Assembly: GCA_013265495.1 (NCBI GenBank)
Contig: MU058009.1
Span: forward strand, 4,220,739 to 4,284,738
Direction: 5' to 3'
DNA: 64,000 nt
Origin: Vicugna vicugna
Taxonomy: Eukaryota
The first letter of the stretch is position 1. Each line of letters opens with the position of its first letter. Made by a program: the position numbers and the translations under genes. The notes beneath the pieces are model-generated. The model did no database searches and was not told the origin of the DNA. It saw only the letters and a list, made by a program, of their open reading frames with translations. This document shows, piece by piece, positions 35,601-48,486 of this stretch.

Positions 35601-38600
35601 TAAGGGCCACTGGCTGGGTAGCCAGCCTTCTCACTCCATGGCAAGATGGCACCGTCAAACGCCTTATGACTCCTTCTGAGGGATGCAGACATCCCCAGCC
35701 GGCTGTGTTAGCCGGGGGGACCCCGGAGCTCAGTTTCCCAGCCCGAGCACAGCGCTGCGCACTGGTGCCGCCGCCGGCCGGAGCCCGGAGGTGAGGAACA
35801 GGAGTGCGTGCCTTTGTCTTCAACCGTGGCGGAGGAACAGGAGAAAGCCTGGAAGGAGACCCCGGTGGAGTTTCCCTGGCAGGGCTGGACCCCCGTCGCT
35901 GTCGCTAGGCAGGTCTGCAGGAACCTGTGACCCCCTCCCCACCTGGACTGCAGCTCGACCCAGCTTCCTCTCCACGTCTCCAGAAAAGCAGTGTCAGGAG
36001 GCCATCCCGGGAGCCTCCGGTAAAAGGCCAGAAGTGAGGAGAAGGGGGAGGACGGACTCGCCCTGGGATGGAGAGGGCCGGCCACTGACACCTGCTGGAT
36101 GTGCCCCTCCAGCTGCTGCCAGCCGGGGACTGACCACGCCTGTGTGGCCACATCAGATGCGACTGAAAAAGACTCTTGGGGACTGTTTCACTGAAAATGC
36201 CTGAAGGTCAAGGTAGAAGCTATTGTCGACTTCACCTTCTCCCACCTCCTCGTGTCACCAACCTCCTTCGGCCTCCGAAGAACAGGAGAGGTGCTCCCGA
36301 AGGCCACGGAGCCCAGAGCCTGCGTTCTCCCACGGTCCCTCCCCAAACCCGCGTCTCTCCGTGGTAGGAGCTGGGCAGGTAGATGGTACAGTGGTGGGGA
36401 ACTACCTGCCCAGGTAGGTCCGATTTCCTTAAGAAAGGCTCCAGGTCTTTTTTCTTAATATTAAGCTGAAATGTCCCTCCCTCTGATGGCTGAGTCTTGG
36501 TTACTGTCCTAGAACTGCACAGAATAAGTTGAATTGTTTGTAGTCATAAAAAGTGCTTGGTTTTTAACTGAGAGAGATGGATTTTAAATCTTACTGCCTA
36601 CGTACATTTCTGCAACGTGCAGACCAGGATGGCTGGGCCTTAGCAGTGACGTCTGCGTCGATCTGATATGTAATCTCTCTGAGTTGCCACTTTTCTCACT
36701 TCTAGCAGCCTGAGGACAGCCGACATCAGTTTATCACGAGGAGGGGCTGAAACTTGGGGAAATACCTCATGTTAGGAAGCACCCAATGTTCTTTTAATTC
36801 AACTGGACAAACGTTTGCTCAGTGCCTGCTGTGGGAGCCGGAAATGAGCCTGACCTCAGGCCGGAAATGACCACACATGGTTCCGCGCGCCGCGCTCCTC
36901 AGGCCTCCCCTCCCCCTCGCTGGGCGGCGCAGCGTTGCGCACCTGTCCCTGCGCTCACCTCGTTGTATGCCCACTGTCCGTGCACCCAAAAGATGTAACT
37001 CTTGGGGCTCAAGAGTCCTCCTCTGAATGTCACGTATTTTTCTCAGGAAACGTGGGTTGTTGAATGAATCTCTGATTCCCCATCGTTCATGTTGTGATGG
37101 ATTCCAGTGTCTTCACTTCTCTCTTTAGACGTCAGCTAACTTTCCCCCAGGGCAGCCCGAGCTGGCGGAGACCAGGCAGCCCTCTGACTTCCATGCCGTC
37201 ACCGAGGGCACTGTTGCTGATCCCTTGACAAAGGGTAATGTCCTTTCATGCAGTTTGACCGCCCCGGGATCCCTTTGGTTCCCTCACTGACAATTTCTAC
37301 CAACTCAATCTGTGTCGTGGTTAAAAAAATCCACTCGAATTATGGGAATTCGCTCCAGTGGCTAAGGAGGTTTACTGACAGGTGGAGCAGACATTGTGGA
37401 AGCAAGATCAGGAGGAACAGCAAACCCTCAGAGAGGAGCTCGCCTCCTCTTGGCCGGGGCGGCTTTCTGCACGTCCCCTGTGGTCTCCTGAGGCTCTTGC
37501 TTTGGTTTCTCTGACCCCCACTGTCTTCACCCACACGCGGCCCCGACCTGCCTTTGTGCACGTCCAGACAGCTACGGAATCTCAGTCAAATCACTTGGTT
37601 TTGGTGCCTCAAGTCCAGATTAGCAGATCAAGCCAGATGTCTTCCTTTGGGTCGGAGGACCATGCCTATTCCACTCAGCTGTGGCTGGGGAGCAGGTGGA
37701 GGCACCGGGTGTGTGAGGCTGTCTGTGTCTGCTCAGGGCTCTGCTGTGCAGAAGTTGATATGGGTAAACAATTAGCAATTGATAATTTAAGAAAGAGATG
37801 TTTTGCAATGTCTACAAGGTTAACAACCAAGGAGGGTCTGCAGGAACCTTGTCTGCCTCCCTCTGATTCTGCTCACCAACTTCACTCCCTTTCTGAGCAT
37901 TCTGGCTGAGACAGTCAGAAAATGTGCTCCAGGAACAGAAGCTTCTCTTCAAAAAATAGGACTTTGGGGGAATCTTTTCAGAGGCTAGACATCACCCTAA
38001 CTTCTGTTGGGTGATACAGAAGTAGTTTGGCCTGACAGAGGGATGAGACTATTAAAATCTACTGAAATGTCAATAGTTAAAATCAGAAACAGTACGGGGA
38101 AGGCCAGCCCCATTCCAGGCCATCACTCAGGTCTCCCTAGCTTACAGCCCCACAAGATGTGTAGAGCGGGGGCTCCAGGTCACAAGGGAATATTGCAAAG
38201 GGGTCGGGGACCCAGGGTCTTTGAGCTATTTCTGTCTCAGGTTATTCTGATTTTTCCATTTGATGCTGTCAGAAACTCAGAAACTGATCATTTGTGCTGG
38301 AAATAGCACACCTCCTGCCCTTCGTTTCGATCGCTTTGGCCATGTCTGATTGGTGAATTTGATTGCTGGCCACAGAAATTTCATTCGTGTCGAGAGCATT
38401 CTGAGCAGATCAATGCAGGAGGAAACCAGGCAAGATCAATTGTAATACCAAAGGGCCAGTGTACGAAGTCGTGCCGCCCGCCTGCCATCCTGCAGCCCGA
38501 TGTCTGAACGTCGCCCGGGTTATCTAGGAGAGAGGGAAGTAACACCGTCCGTCCACCTGTCCTTACACAGAAAATGTGCCCAAAGCGAGACGACGTGCCA

Positions 38601-39230
38601 TTACAAATAATCATGGTAATCGTTCCCCGTGTCTTCCAGGTACTGTGAAAGCCCCTGCATGCATGTTTCTAATTTAAACTTCAGTAGAGGCTTTGAGTCA
38701 AATCTCTTTATCATTTGCACCTATGACTAAGGCATCGGACCCGGAGAGGTGGAGTCATGTGTTTACGATTGCTCACGTGCACAGGAAGTGGGGCTTGGGG
38801 CTTGCGTTCTGAGTGCCCCAAGCCCTGTGCCTTTAATGGCCCCGATGTGTTTTCTTTGTACTTTTAAACCCCGAAGTTGCGTGCCAGCATGAGTGAGCGT
38901 CGTGACGGCTGCCACGCTGGGCTTACTGCTTCAGTGATCGCACCAGACACGGGTCCTGGGCTCCCAGCAAGGGATGCCAGGGTCCTGGGAGGGCGGCAAC
39001 TCCAGCCCTTGCTGCGAATATCATAGTTGTATGCATGCGACCTTATCAAGCGGTTTCCCTGCCCACTGTCACCACCAGCAGCTTATAAAGTCGGGCAAGT
39101 ATGATCAGTTCCATTTTCTAAGGGAAGAAAGCGAGCGTCACAGAATGTGACTGGAGCCCAAGATAATGAAGACAGAGTTGCTGGTCTTGCCACTCCTCTG
39201 CCCTTTCACAATATGAAGCATTTCCCCTTA

Positions 39231-39438
39231 TTTATTCATTTATTTTTACTGAAGTGCAGTCAGTTACAATGTGTCCATCTCTGGTGCACAGCACAATGTT
39301 CCAGGCATGCGTGCACATACGTATACTCATTTTCATATTCTTTTTCATTAAAGGCTATTACAAGCTATTGAATGTAGCTCCCTGTGCTACACAGAAGAAA
39401 TTTGTTTTTCAATCTATTTTCACATGTAGTAGTTATCA
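39231..39438 (-). mobile_element. L1 3'-end fragment
   Basis: ttttactgaagtgcagtcagttacaatgtgtc...ttttcatattctttttcatt..., with a degenerate TSD aagcatttcccctta / aagcgtttccttta. Confidence 0.85.
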
Positions 39439-39814
39439 AAGCGTTTCCTTTACGCCTCAGTGGGATGGGCTTTTGTCTTAAATACTGGACTGTCTCCACC
39501 ACTACCTCCCCCCTAAAAAACGTGAACCAACAGAAGCAACAAAAACCACCCAAAAAACATCCCAGAACACTCTGGCCGAAGGGCGGGCCTCCTGCTCCTT
39601 GGGGTTTGACGATGGCTTGTGAACGGTTGGTCCCACCTAGTGTGATCCCAGCCAGCTCTTAGCAGATGGCCTTCAGCCGAGAGAGGCGTTGGGCCGAGAC
39701 CTTATCCCAGACGACCAAGTCGGTGACTCAGCTACTTAAGGGTTCAGTCTAGTCACTTTGTCACTGAAAAATGGGCCCTGCTGGCCTCCGGCTTCCTAAG
39801 CTCTCAGCTGGGCA

Positions 39815-39945
39815 CCTCACAGCTGGCTGACCTTGGACAAGTCCCTGAGCTTCTCCAGACCTTGGTTTTGTCCTCTGCTGACTAGACATAATCAGGATCC
39901 TTTCCCTCCTCCTGGTAGTTGTCGTAAGAATAATGTTGAATCATG
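39815..39945 (+). mobile_element. MIR SINE fragment
   Basis: agctggctgaccttggacaagtccctgagcttctc...ggttttgtcctctg. Confidence 0.55.
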
Positions 39946-42410
39946 GATGCGAGCTGGTGATACGAAGTAACGAACCCTGAACTTACGTGATATATTGTTT
40001 TAAGCTCTCAAAAGTGTTTGGGAACGGATTGGCAGATCAAGAATGTGCTTTCCACGTGGCGCAAGGGGCAGCAGAAAGCAGTGCTGAAACAGGGACAGGG
40101 TGGACTCAGCTGTGCCAGGTGAGGGAGGCCAGGTCGCCGTGTCCGGGCTTTTCCCTGCGCGGGGAGAGGGCTGCCGTGGCAGCACGGACCCACTCGGCTC
40201 TGCTCCTGGAACCGCTTGCTCTGAATGGTGCAATCTCTGTGGCCTTTTCTTCTTTTTCTTTCTCTTTCTGGCAGTCACTCTTTGAAATATTATTTTTGCC
40301 TCCTCGACGGCAGGGCTGTATAATTGATAGGCCCTCTGGGCTGCGGGAGTCTTGGTTTAAACCATGCTCGCCTTGGCTCCAGCGCCTCAGAGTTCATTAC
40401 TTTTTGAAAAGCTTCACGTCTGTTTGTGTTCGGATGATTGTTGCTCTGGAGGGAAAGGTTTCATCAGGCAGGAAGAGGAGTGCGGAGCAGAATGCACGAT
40501 GATCAGATTCGCTCTTCTCCTTAGATGAATGTTTCTGGGCAACAGGACTTCACGTTTATCTGATGTGGCTGCTCTGAACTGGGGGCCAAAGACCTTCAGT
40601 TTCCCCTGCAGCGTGCTGGAGGGGAGCCGCACCGTTCAGGCCTGGGATGTGGGAGGCTGCTGCTTTGCAAATAAAGTGGGTAATAAAAGTGTCCAGGCCT
40701 GGTACTAGAGAATGATTTAGGGCAGAATATACACATGTGAGATTTTTAATTAAAAGTGTGGGGTGTGCTTGGTTCTGGGTGACAGGGTGGGCAGAGGGCA
40801 CGTTCCCTCTCCATTTCATCCCGGGGACTTCTCTCCACTCTGCAGCGATCAGCACGTCACTCTCAGCCCTGCCCTGTCTTTCAGCGCTCAGACCCGCCCG
40901 CGCTGTTATCTTGCACGTACGTCCACAGCCCGTCTCCTGCTCTCCACCTTGCACCAGCCCTTTAAGCACTGCAACCTCAAATTTGGTAAAATCAACCCAA
41001 TTTGCATAAATTTAGAACATACCAGCACACAGTCCTTATGGCAGATGAAGCATAATTGTGCTACTCTCCCAGAGATGGAGACGCAGAGACTGAGGGTTGG
41101 GAGTGGTCGTGAGAGGAATAACCGAGAGCTTTTCATTGGGATTCTGCCATTCTTCGTGTCTTCCTTCTCAGCCTGAACACCAAGCAAGTGAACCAACCAA
41201 CAACCGCCCCATCCATACTGAAACTAACTGCCTTCTTTGAGAAGCCACCCTTGCATAGTCCCCTGTCCACCCTACCCCATCTCAAGGAAGTTGCTGGGCT
41301 CCCACCTTGAACCCAGGAGGTTACATTTGTGTCATGACTGCAGCGTTCCTCACACTGTTTGGGGATCATCTGTCTCCTGGGGTTCCCCTTGCCTTCACTG
41401 CATTCCTGGAGCACAAGAGCCAGGCAGGTGTTTTATTTATTTCTGCACCGTCACCCTTCAGTGTGGTCCTGGCATCTGCTTGACTCCAGAGAAAGGTTCA
41501 CTGAATAAATCCATGAAAGGATTTTGCCTGATCCGAGCACATTCAGCTTGTCCCTCCAGTTTAGTGTTACTGTGTGCAGAAGCGGACCTGGGCGTGCTCA
41601 CTCATCTGCCCCCGGGACACTCGCGTGGCGTCTCAGTCCAGGGGGAGAGGTGGGCAGGTGTGCGCCTCAGGCGGGGCTCTTCCCACAAGGCTGGGTGATG
41701 AACAGCAGGCATTTGGGGAAGATGGGCTTTTGGCATTTTGGTCAGTTAGAGAGAGAGAATCATCCTTCAAAGATGAACACACACACACAGAAAACAGTTA
41801 GTTTCAGAAAGAGTTCTCATCTCTGTGGGGATGAAGTACTTTAAAGTTGAAGGCAGTTTATTTCCCTTTTGCAATATAATAGTAATTTCCTTTTTGCAAG
41901 TAGTAGATATTGTCACACCTTGTCATCTGAAGGGTGTAAAACCGGATTATACATGTAACAAAAGATCTCATGTGTACACTGGTGTTTAACACATAAATAT
42001 GTAAGGGGTTTTTCTCTATAAATACCAGAGGGCTTTTAAAATAAGACCCCAAGGGGTAGGTTTCCTCACTGATTATGCCTGATACAGAGCATCGTGTCTG
42101 TACGTTCCTCAGCGTTCTGGGAGGGAGGAAGGATGCAGCCCCTCTGAGTCCTGGCCGAGTGTCTGAGCCTAAATCGTCTGTAGCTTCTGTGTTGCTCAGC
42201 CTTCTCCTTGGTGCATTCCTTGCCAGACTGTGTGGGTTTTAACAGCCTCAAGCTCAGCAAAGTGGAGGTGATTATCAGAATTTGAAATGCTGTGACATTT
42301 TGCTGCCAAAAGTAATTGATTTATTAGAGACGTTACAATACACGCATGATTCAACATAAGAGGCTCCTTTGAACTTGCTCAGCCTCAGATCCCGTGGGAG
42401 ACTCGTTACG

Positions 42411-42431
42411 TTCAGGACCATGGACAGAAAC
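42411..42431 (+). promoter_or_regulatory. Candidate RE1/NRSE (REST-binding) element
   Basis: TTCAGGACCATGGACAGAAAC versus consensus TTCAGCACCACGGACAGCGCC: both half-sites are present with the canonical 2-nt spacer. Confidence 0.65.
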
Positions 42432-43758
42432 TCGCTTTCATTCGGATGCAGTTGGCCTCATCCGAGTAAATATTAGAGGTCAACAGGAGCTCTGCAGTCC
42501 CCTGGCCACCGTATGACCCAGTTTAAGAGCTTGAACAATTCCAGCCGACAAGTACCAGGGCATTAATATATTATTTTGCACTTATGTTGCCACAAAGAGG
42601 AGCCAGGGGCAGGACAGGAGGACTCCATAATATCTTATTATCATTACTCTCATCATTGTTGCTAAACATAAGGACCATATTTTATGACAAATCAGATAAA
42701 GTACAGAACACTTCAGAAGCCATTTGAATTTTTCCTAACAAGCAACTTCTTTGTAATGCTAGACTTCAAAACTCTCTGCAAGGAGGCATAATTGAGTTCA
42801 GTGGTTCCACACCTGAGCAGTGAACCGAGCAGACTAACAAAACGCCTGGAGCTAATGAAAATCTTGTTGTTGGAAGCAGTGAAGCCCCAGCGGGGCGTGG
42901 GGCAAAACGCTGGGAGTTCTAGGATCTGGGCCTTGATGGCTGTGGACTAATATACTTATCCTTCCTGGGTAAACCTCTAGTTAATCCCCAGATGCTTCAG
43001 GCAACTGTCCAAAACCTTTTTTTTTTAAATAGAGACATTGTCTTAATCCAGGATACCGTTTGCTTCCTTATTCAGTGGTTATAGATTATAAATGCTCCAA
43101 GTCAACGTTATTGCTCCTCATACACATGACAAAATCAATGAAAACTAATAATGGAGTAATTCAGAGACTTGGCTGAATAACTCACATTAAATTGGATTAT
43201 GGAATACGTATCCATACTGATGTCAGCATTCAAAATGTTTATAGAACATAAGGTGCCATGGGTCTTAGGTAACATATAGTCCATGTCGTAGGGAAATCCA
43301 GATCACCAGGGCCACGTCACTTGGCTGAAGTCTCAGGGGTAAACACTTGGGTTATTCTTGCTACCTGCTTGAAGAAAAACTGTGGGTGGGGACAAACTTT
43401 TGTGAGTTATCTATTTTTTTCCTTTATTATCTGGAAAAATCGCGGCGCTTCCTTCTTACTTAAAACACTCATATAACAGGACATCGTTCTCATTTTGCCC
43501 TCTGTCGAAAGGAAACATGAAGCGTGTCAGCATTTATGTTGACATTTATGGTCCTCATTTGAGGTGTCCTTTTCCTCGGACCCGTTTTATGTGTTTACTT
43601 GACTCTTCTACGTTGTGGTCTCACTGTAAGGTGCCTCAAATTTACCGTGGACATTGTGGAAAAGAAATGAATATGAATAACTTCATATATATATATATAA
43701 AATTTAACATATACAAGTGCATGTGATACATAATTGTATATAATTTAAGGTTGTTTTA

Positions 43759-44051
43759 TTTTTACTGAATTATAGTCAGTTTACAACATTGTGTCAATTT
43801 CTGGTGCACAGTGTGATGTTTCAGTCATACGTACACATACAGATATTCCTTTTCATATTCTTTTTCATTATAAGATACTACAAGATATTAAATATAGTTC
43901 CTTGAGCTCTACAGAAGAAACTTGTGCTTTACTTTATATATAAAACAGTTAGTATTTGCAAACCTAGAACTCCCAGTTTATCCCTCCACCCCCTTCCCCG
44001 CTGGTAACCATAAGTTTGTTTTCTGTGTCTGTGAGTCTGTCTCTGTTTGAT
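43759..44051 (-). mobile_element. L1 3'-end fragment
   Basis: ttttactgaattatagtcagtttacaac...ctcccagtttatccct...ggtaaccataagtttgttttctgtgtctgtgagtctgt, with TSD gttgtttta (43750-43758 and 44052-44060). Confidence 0.88.
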
Positions 44052-44454
44052 GTTGTTTTAAATGTGCCCTGGACGACTGACCACTTGTGCTTCTTATAAA
44101 TATGGATCATTTTGTTTGTTTTAAACATTGAATGTTGGGAAGAGATACTCATAATTTGTCCATCAAGAAACATGATGAAGAAGGGAATTAAGGAAATTAA
44201 ATGGAGAGAACAAGAATTTCATTAGTGTAGATACAGGCCGCCTAAGAGAGGAAAGATTTTTATTTGGAACAAAAATGTTTTTAAAATATTATGGGGAAAA
44301 TGTAGGTTATTAGAACTCAGCATTTAACTTGTCAGTTGGATTAATGGATTCAAAGCAAAGAAAAACTTGGGCGTTTCAGTTATTCAGTTCGAACAATTAC
44401 ATTAATTAAGTCAGCTGAATTCAGTTTTTAGCCCTGATTTTATTTATTGTGCCA

Positions 44455-44700
44455 TTCATTCATTGAGTACCTGCTATGTTTCAGGCGCCCTGCACTGTCT
44501 GGGTGTTAAGAGATGAAAGGGAATTGCTGATCTCAAAGAGTTTTCAGGAAGCCCCACCCTTGGCTAACATCTGATACAAATGACTGTTGTAAGATGCCAG
44601 AGAAGCCAAAAAAGAGGGTCAGTGCGGAACTGGTTCAAGGTGGAGGAGTCGGGGGGGGCTTCCGGGTCTGGGTGTGGTTTTAAAGGGCTGACAGACGTTA
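44455..44700 (-). mobile_element. L2 3'-end fragment
   Basis: attcattcattgagtacctgctatgtttcaggc. Confidence 0.55.
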
Positions 44701-47659
44701 GCTGTATGAAAATTGGATCTGCTGGTCCCAGGAACCAGTATAGATGCAGGAGAGAGACTCTCTGGGGAGGAGGATGGAACCAAGATCCTACTGCAGTTTA
44801 CAGGTGGGGGTGGGAAGGCAAAGGCTATGAGTGTGTGCGTACGGGGTGGGGGGGGAGAGAAAGGGAGCGGGAAAGAGAGGGAGAGAGAAGGGGAGCGAGA
44901 GAGCGAGAGACACAGTTGGACTGGCTGTGGTCCTTGCAGCAAAGCAGGAGCTTGCAGAGCTGTCAAAGCGCAGGTCTTGGGGGTCTTCGGTTTACAAGCT
45001 CAGCTAAGGATTCTACACACCGCTGACCTGAATGAAAAGTGAATACTTTATAATATCATAAGCCAAGGGGATTTGCATTTCTGGAAAGCTAATTCAGTGT
45101 CATTTTGGAGGACGGTCTGGAGGGGACAAACCTGGCGCAGTCGACCACGGTAATTTCAGGGGAGCGTGAGAATGGCCTCGGCGAAGGCGGGTAGCCGTGA
45201 CCACGGAGAGGATGGAGTCGAGGGCTTTTTCTTCACCAGTGAAGACCCGGGGAGCCCGGCGACTGGTGCGGAGGGTCAGAAGACTGGAGAAGAGTGGCAG
45301 CCCCTCGACTGTGGGGTTGCACAGCAGCGCCTTTTCCCACGCGGCCCCTGAGGGCTGACAGGCTGCTCTGAAACACGGCTTTTTGACGGGGATGTGAGTC
45401 TCAGCCTCCTCGTGTCTTCATTTCTTGGCCTGTGAGCTGGAAGTGATCGGAGTAACAGCAGTGTTACTTTGCACACGCTCTCAGAAGGTTATTGGAAAAT
45501 CCGATACTCTTCCTGAGACCTTTCTAAAGGCCCATGAAGCCCAGTTTAAGAGCTTTCGGAATACAAAAGAGACTGCTTGGGTTTGGAGAGAAAGGTGATT
45601 CATTCTGTACGGAGTTTCATATCCACTTTGTAGCGTGGACTCATAGTCTAATAAATTATTTCATAATTTGTGAAGATGAAAGAGAATAAGAACAGCCTTA
45701 AAGAGGAGGAAATTGTCCAATAGGGAGATGTTGCCGACGATTAGCCAGGGCATTCGGGAGGCAGAGAGACGCTGACAGCCATGTTAAGTCAAACATGGCT
45801 TTTAAAGAAGCTACTAAACAGTGATGGATTAATATCAAAGGCAGAGATTAGCCAAGAAGTGGAGCGGACAGCTTCAAAGGAACAAGAATGGGGGAAGCGT
45901 GCTTAGACCTTTGAAAGAAAAGGGTAAATGACAGAAATGTTATGTAACTGAATGGCTTCCCTGAAACAAGCCGTCCTCATCTGCCCTTGGTGCCAGAAGG
46001 GCAGGCTTACAGGTTTCCAAGCCCAGAGGAGAAAACAAAACAGAACAAACCCTCTCATGACTTCCTATCATTTGTGTCCTCAGCCGCTGGACACAAACGC
46101 AAGGATCTGATACTAATCTGGCCCATTATAGTCACCATAGTGTTCAGCTCACCATCTCCTCCCCACGTATCCTTGGAGGATGAGAAATTAAATCCGGTGA
46201 AGCTCTGCTGTCAGGGTCCCTTTCCACAGCCGCCAGCCCCTGGCAAACAAGAGCCCCTCCCTGGGAAGAATTTTAGAAAAAGACGAAGGACAAGGAGCAT
46301 CAAGAGAGGAAGGAGGAGCAGGGAGGCCAGGGAAGACGTGATGAATCTGGTTCATCGCTGTGCGGATGTGGCCCCCCATCCGACACTGCAAATTAAGGCT
46401 ACTTGTTTCACCTGAGGATCTCGGAGTAAGTTACCAAAAAGTAGGGGAAGCTGTTCTTCTAAGGACACCAGTTATTTCTTACTGTCAACCCCCAAGACAT
46501 CTTTCCAGTATTCTTTGTCCTGAAATTGATGGCATTGCTACTGCTCTTTCTTGATATTTTCCCCCTAGTTTTTCATGAAACAACTCTTTCCTGACATTCA
46601 CCCAGCTCTGACCCACTCCATCTCAGTCCTCTTTGTTGAATACTGTACACCCTTCTCATAAATCGGAGATGCTGGCATCCCTCTGGGTTTGGTGCTGCTC
46701 AGCCATAGCGTCGGCTGGAGAGCCTCATGTGGGCAGTCGCCGGGGTGTGCTCTGCCTCAAATTCCCAACTGACCGCACGTTTCCTAGTGAACGTCCTGCC
46801 GACAACTGGAACTCAACACAGTCCAAGCTGTTCTTACTCTCTTGTGTACTGAACTGAATTTTTGGCCTCAGTCAACAGAGGTTGATTCAGGTTGACTTAA
46901 CAAAAAAGGAATCGATTGCAACTATATTGGAGAACTCATGAAATTGACAGAGGGTCGATTCGGAAATGGGAAAGAAGCTGATACGCAGAAAACAATCGTA
47001 ATGCAAGAGTCTCGCCAAGGCACTGCAGCCCCCACAGCTAACGTGGGGACATTCTTGGCACTGTTACGGTCCTTCTGACGTCTCCGAGCCCTGGACGTCA
47101 CAACAAGAATGAATTCCAAACTGTCCTCGCCTCTTTCCATCGCTTGTTATAGAGGCAACGTCCCTGGCAAGACCACCAGCAGACAGAATAGGTGATGAAA
47201 TGCCCGTTTTCCAGCCCCTGACGCGTAAGAGCACAGAAATCTGCCCTTTCCAGGTCTCGGAGGGACTCACTACCTCGGGTTTCTGAAACACAGGACGAGG
47301 GCTCAGAGTCCGAGCAACAGCTTGAAAGAATGGCAAATGCCCACTGCATATTCCATGAGGTCAGTCTACCCGGCTACCCAACTGGTATTTCTCATCTCAG
47401 CAAATGGCACCGACGTACACTCGGTCAGCCAAGCTCAGGGTCATCACAAGCGTTTCTTTTCCTTTCTGGTGCACGTCTGTTTTGTTGCTGGTGTTCATTT
47501 GAGTCTCTAAGTCTTGCAATTCCATCTACTAAACGTTCCTTAACTCTCTTCCATTCTTTTCCCCCTCTTAGATCAGCCTATGCCATTTCTAGAGGACTTT
47601 TCGTGTTTTGAAGCAATGAGGGGGTGAGGGGTGTAAGGGGGTAGAGTCCACGTACACAG

Positions 47660-47940
47660 ACCACACTTCCGCTGCTGGCTAGCTGGGTGGCCTTAAGCAT
47701 CTTCCCTCACCTTGCTCTGTGCTGTGTGTAGATTAAGGTCAATAATGACACCTGTCATGTTGGGTTGCTGCAGGCATTGGTTGAGGCAGTATGGTTAAAG
47801 CATTTTTATTACTTTACTTTTATTTTTATTTTTTAATGGAGGTACTGGGGACTGAACCCAGGACCTCGTGTGTCCTAAGCATGCGCTCCACCACTGAGCT
47901 ATGTGCCCTGCCTCCTGGTTAAAGCATTTTGAATGCTCAT
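47660..47940 (+). mobile_element. MIR SINE interrupted by the camelid SINE
   Basis: ctagctgggtggccttaagc...aataatgacacctgtcatgttgggttgctg...taaagcattttgaa. Confidence 0.55.
47807..47915 (-). mobile_element. Camelid tRNA-derived SINE (vic-1-like, short form) inserted in a MIR
   Basis: ggaggtactggggactgaacccaggacctcgtg...ccactgagctat, with a perfect 15-bp TSD tggttaaagcatttt at 47792-47806 and 47916-47930. Confidence 0.92.
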
Positions 47941-48103
47941 GAACAGCAGATAATCCAAGAGGTGAGGGAAGGCTGGAAGTGAGTGGCAGTGCTGGGAGGT
48001 GGTGAAGACGGCAGTGGTAGCGGTGGCAGGAACAGTGCTCAGCACCTCCCAGCGGCCCCCTCTCGGGTACCAGCTCTTGTCATTCAAGGCAGTCTCTGTT
48101 AAG

Positions 48104-48486
48104 TGCTAAGCGAAGTAAGTCAGACAGAGAAATCTCACAGGATGTCACTTATATGTGGAATCTAAAAAAATGATACAAATGAACTTACTTATAAAACAGA
48201 AATAGACTCACAGACACAGAAGACAAACTTATCGTTACAAAAAGAGAAAGGGGGAGGGAGGGATAAATTAGACATTAGGATTAACAGATACACACTACTG
48301 TATATAAGACAGATAGACAACAAGGACTTGGTGTGCAGCTCAGGGAACTATATTCAATATCTTGTAATAAACTATAATGGAAATAATCTTGAAAAAGAAT
48401 TTATATGTAACTGAATCACTTTGCTGTACACCTGAAGCTAACACATTATAAAACAGCTATTCTCCAATTTCAATTTAAAACAAAAA
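48104..48486 (+). mobile_element. L1 fragment: end of ORF2 plus 3' UTR (older subfamily)
   Basis: ctaagcgaagtaagtcagacagagaaa...atgtcacttatatgtggaatcta matches the LSEVSQTEK...SLICGI* ORF2 C-terminus; the typical 3' UTR runs to an A-rich end. Confidence 0.85.

Noticed and set aside
36410..36530. Possible CR1/L3 remnant; also a possible MLT2 remnant near 44700-45040
   Set aside because: Similarity is too weak to call by eye.
38621..38646. Recursive-splice-site-like junction (pyrimidine tract-CAG|GTACTG); similar ones near 5678, 5946 and 11140
   Set aside because: NTM is reported among recursively spliced long genes, but these junctions lack a strong regenerated donor (GTRAG), and this one lies in MIR-like sequence.
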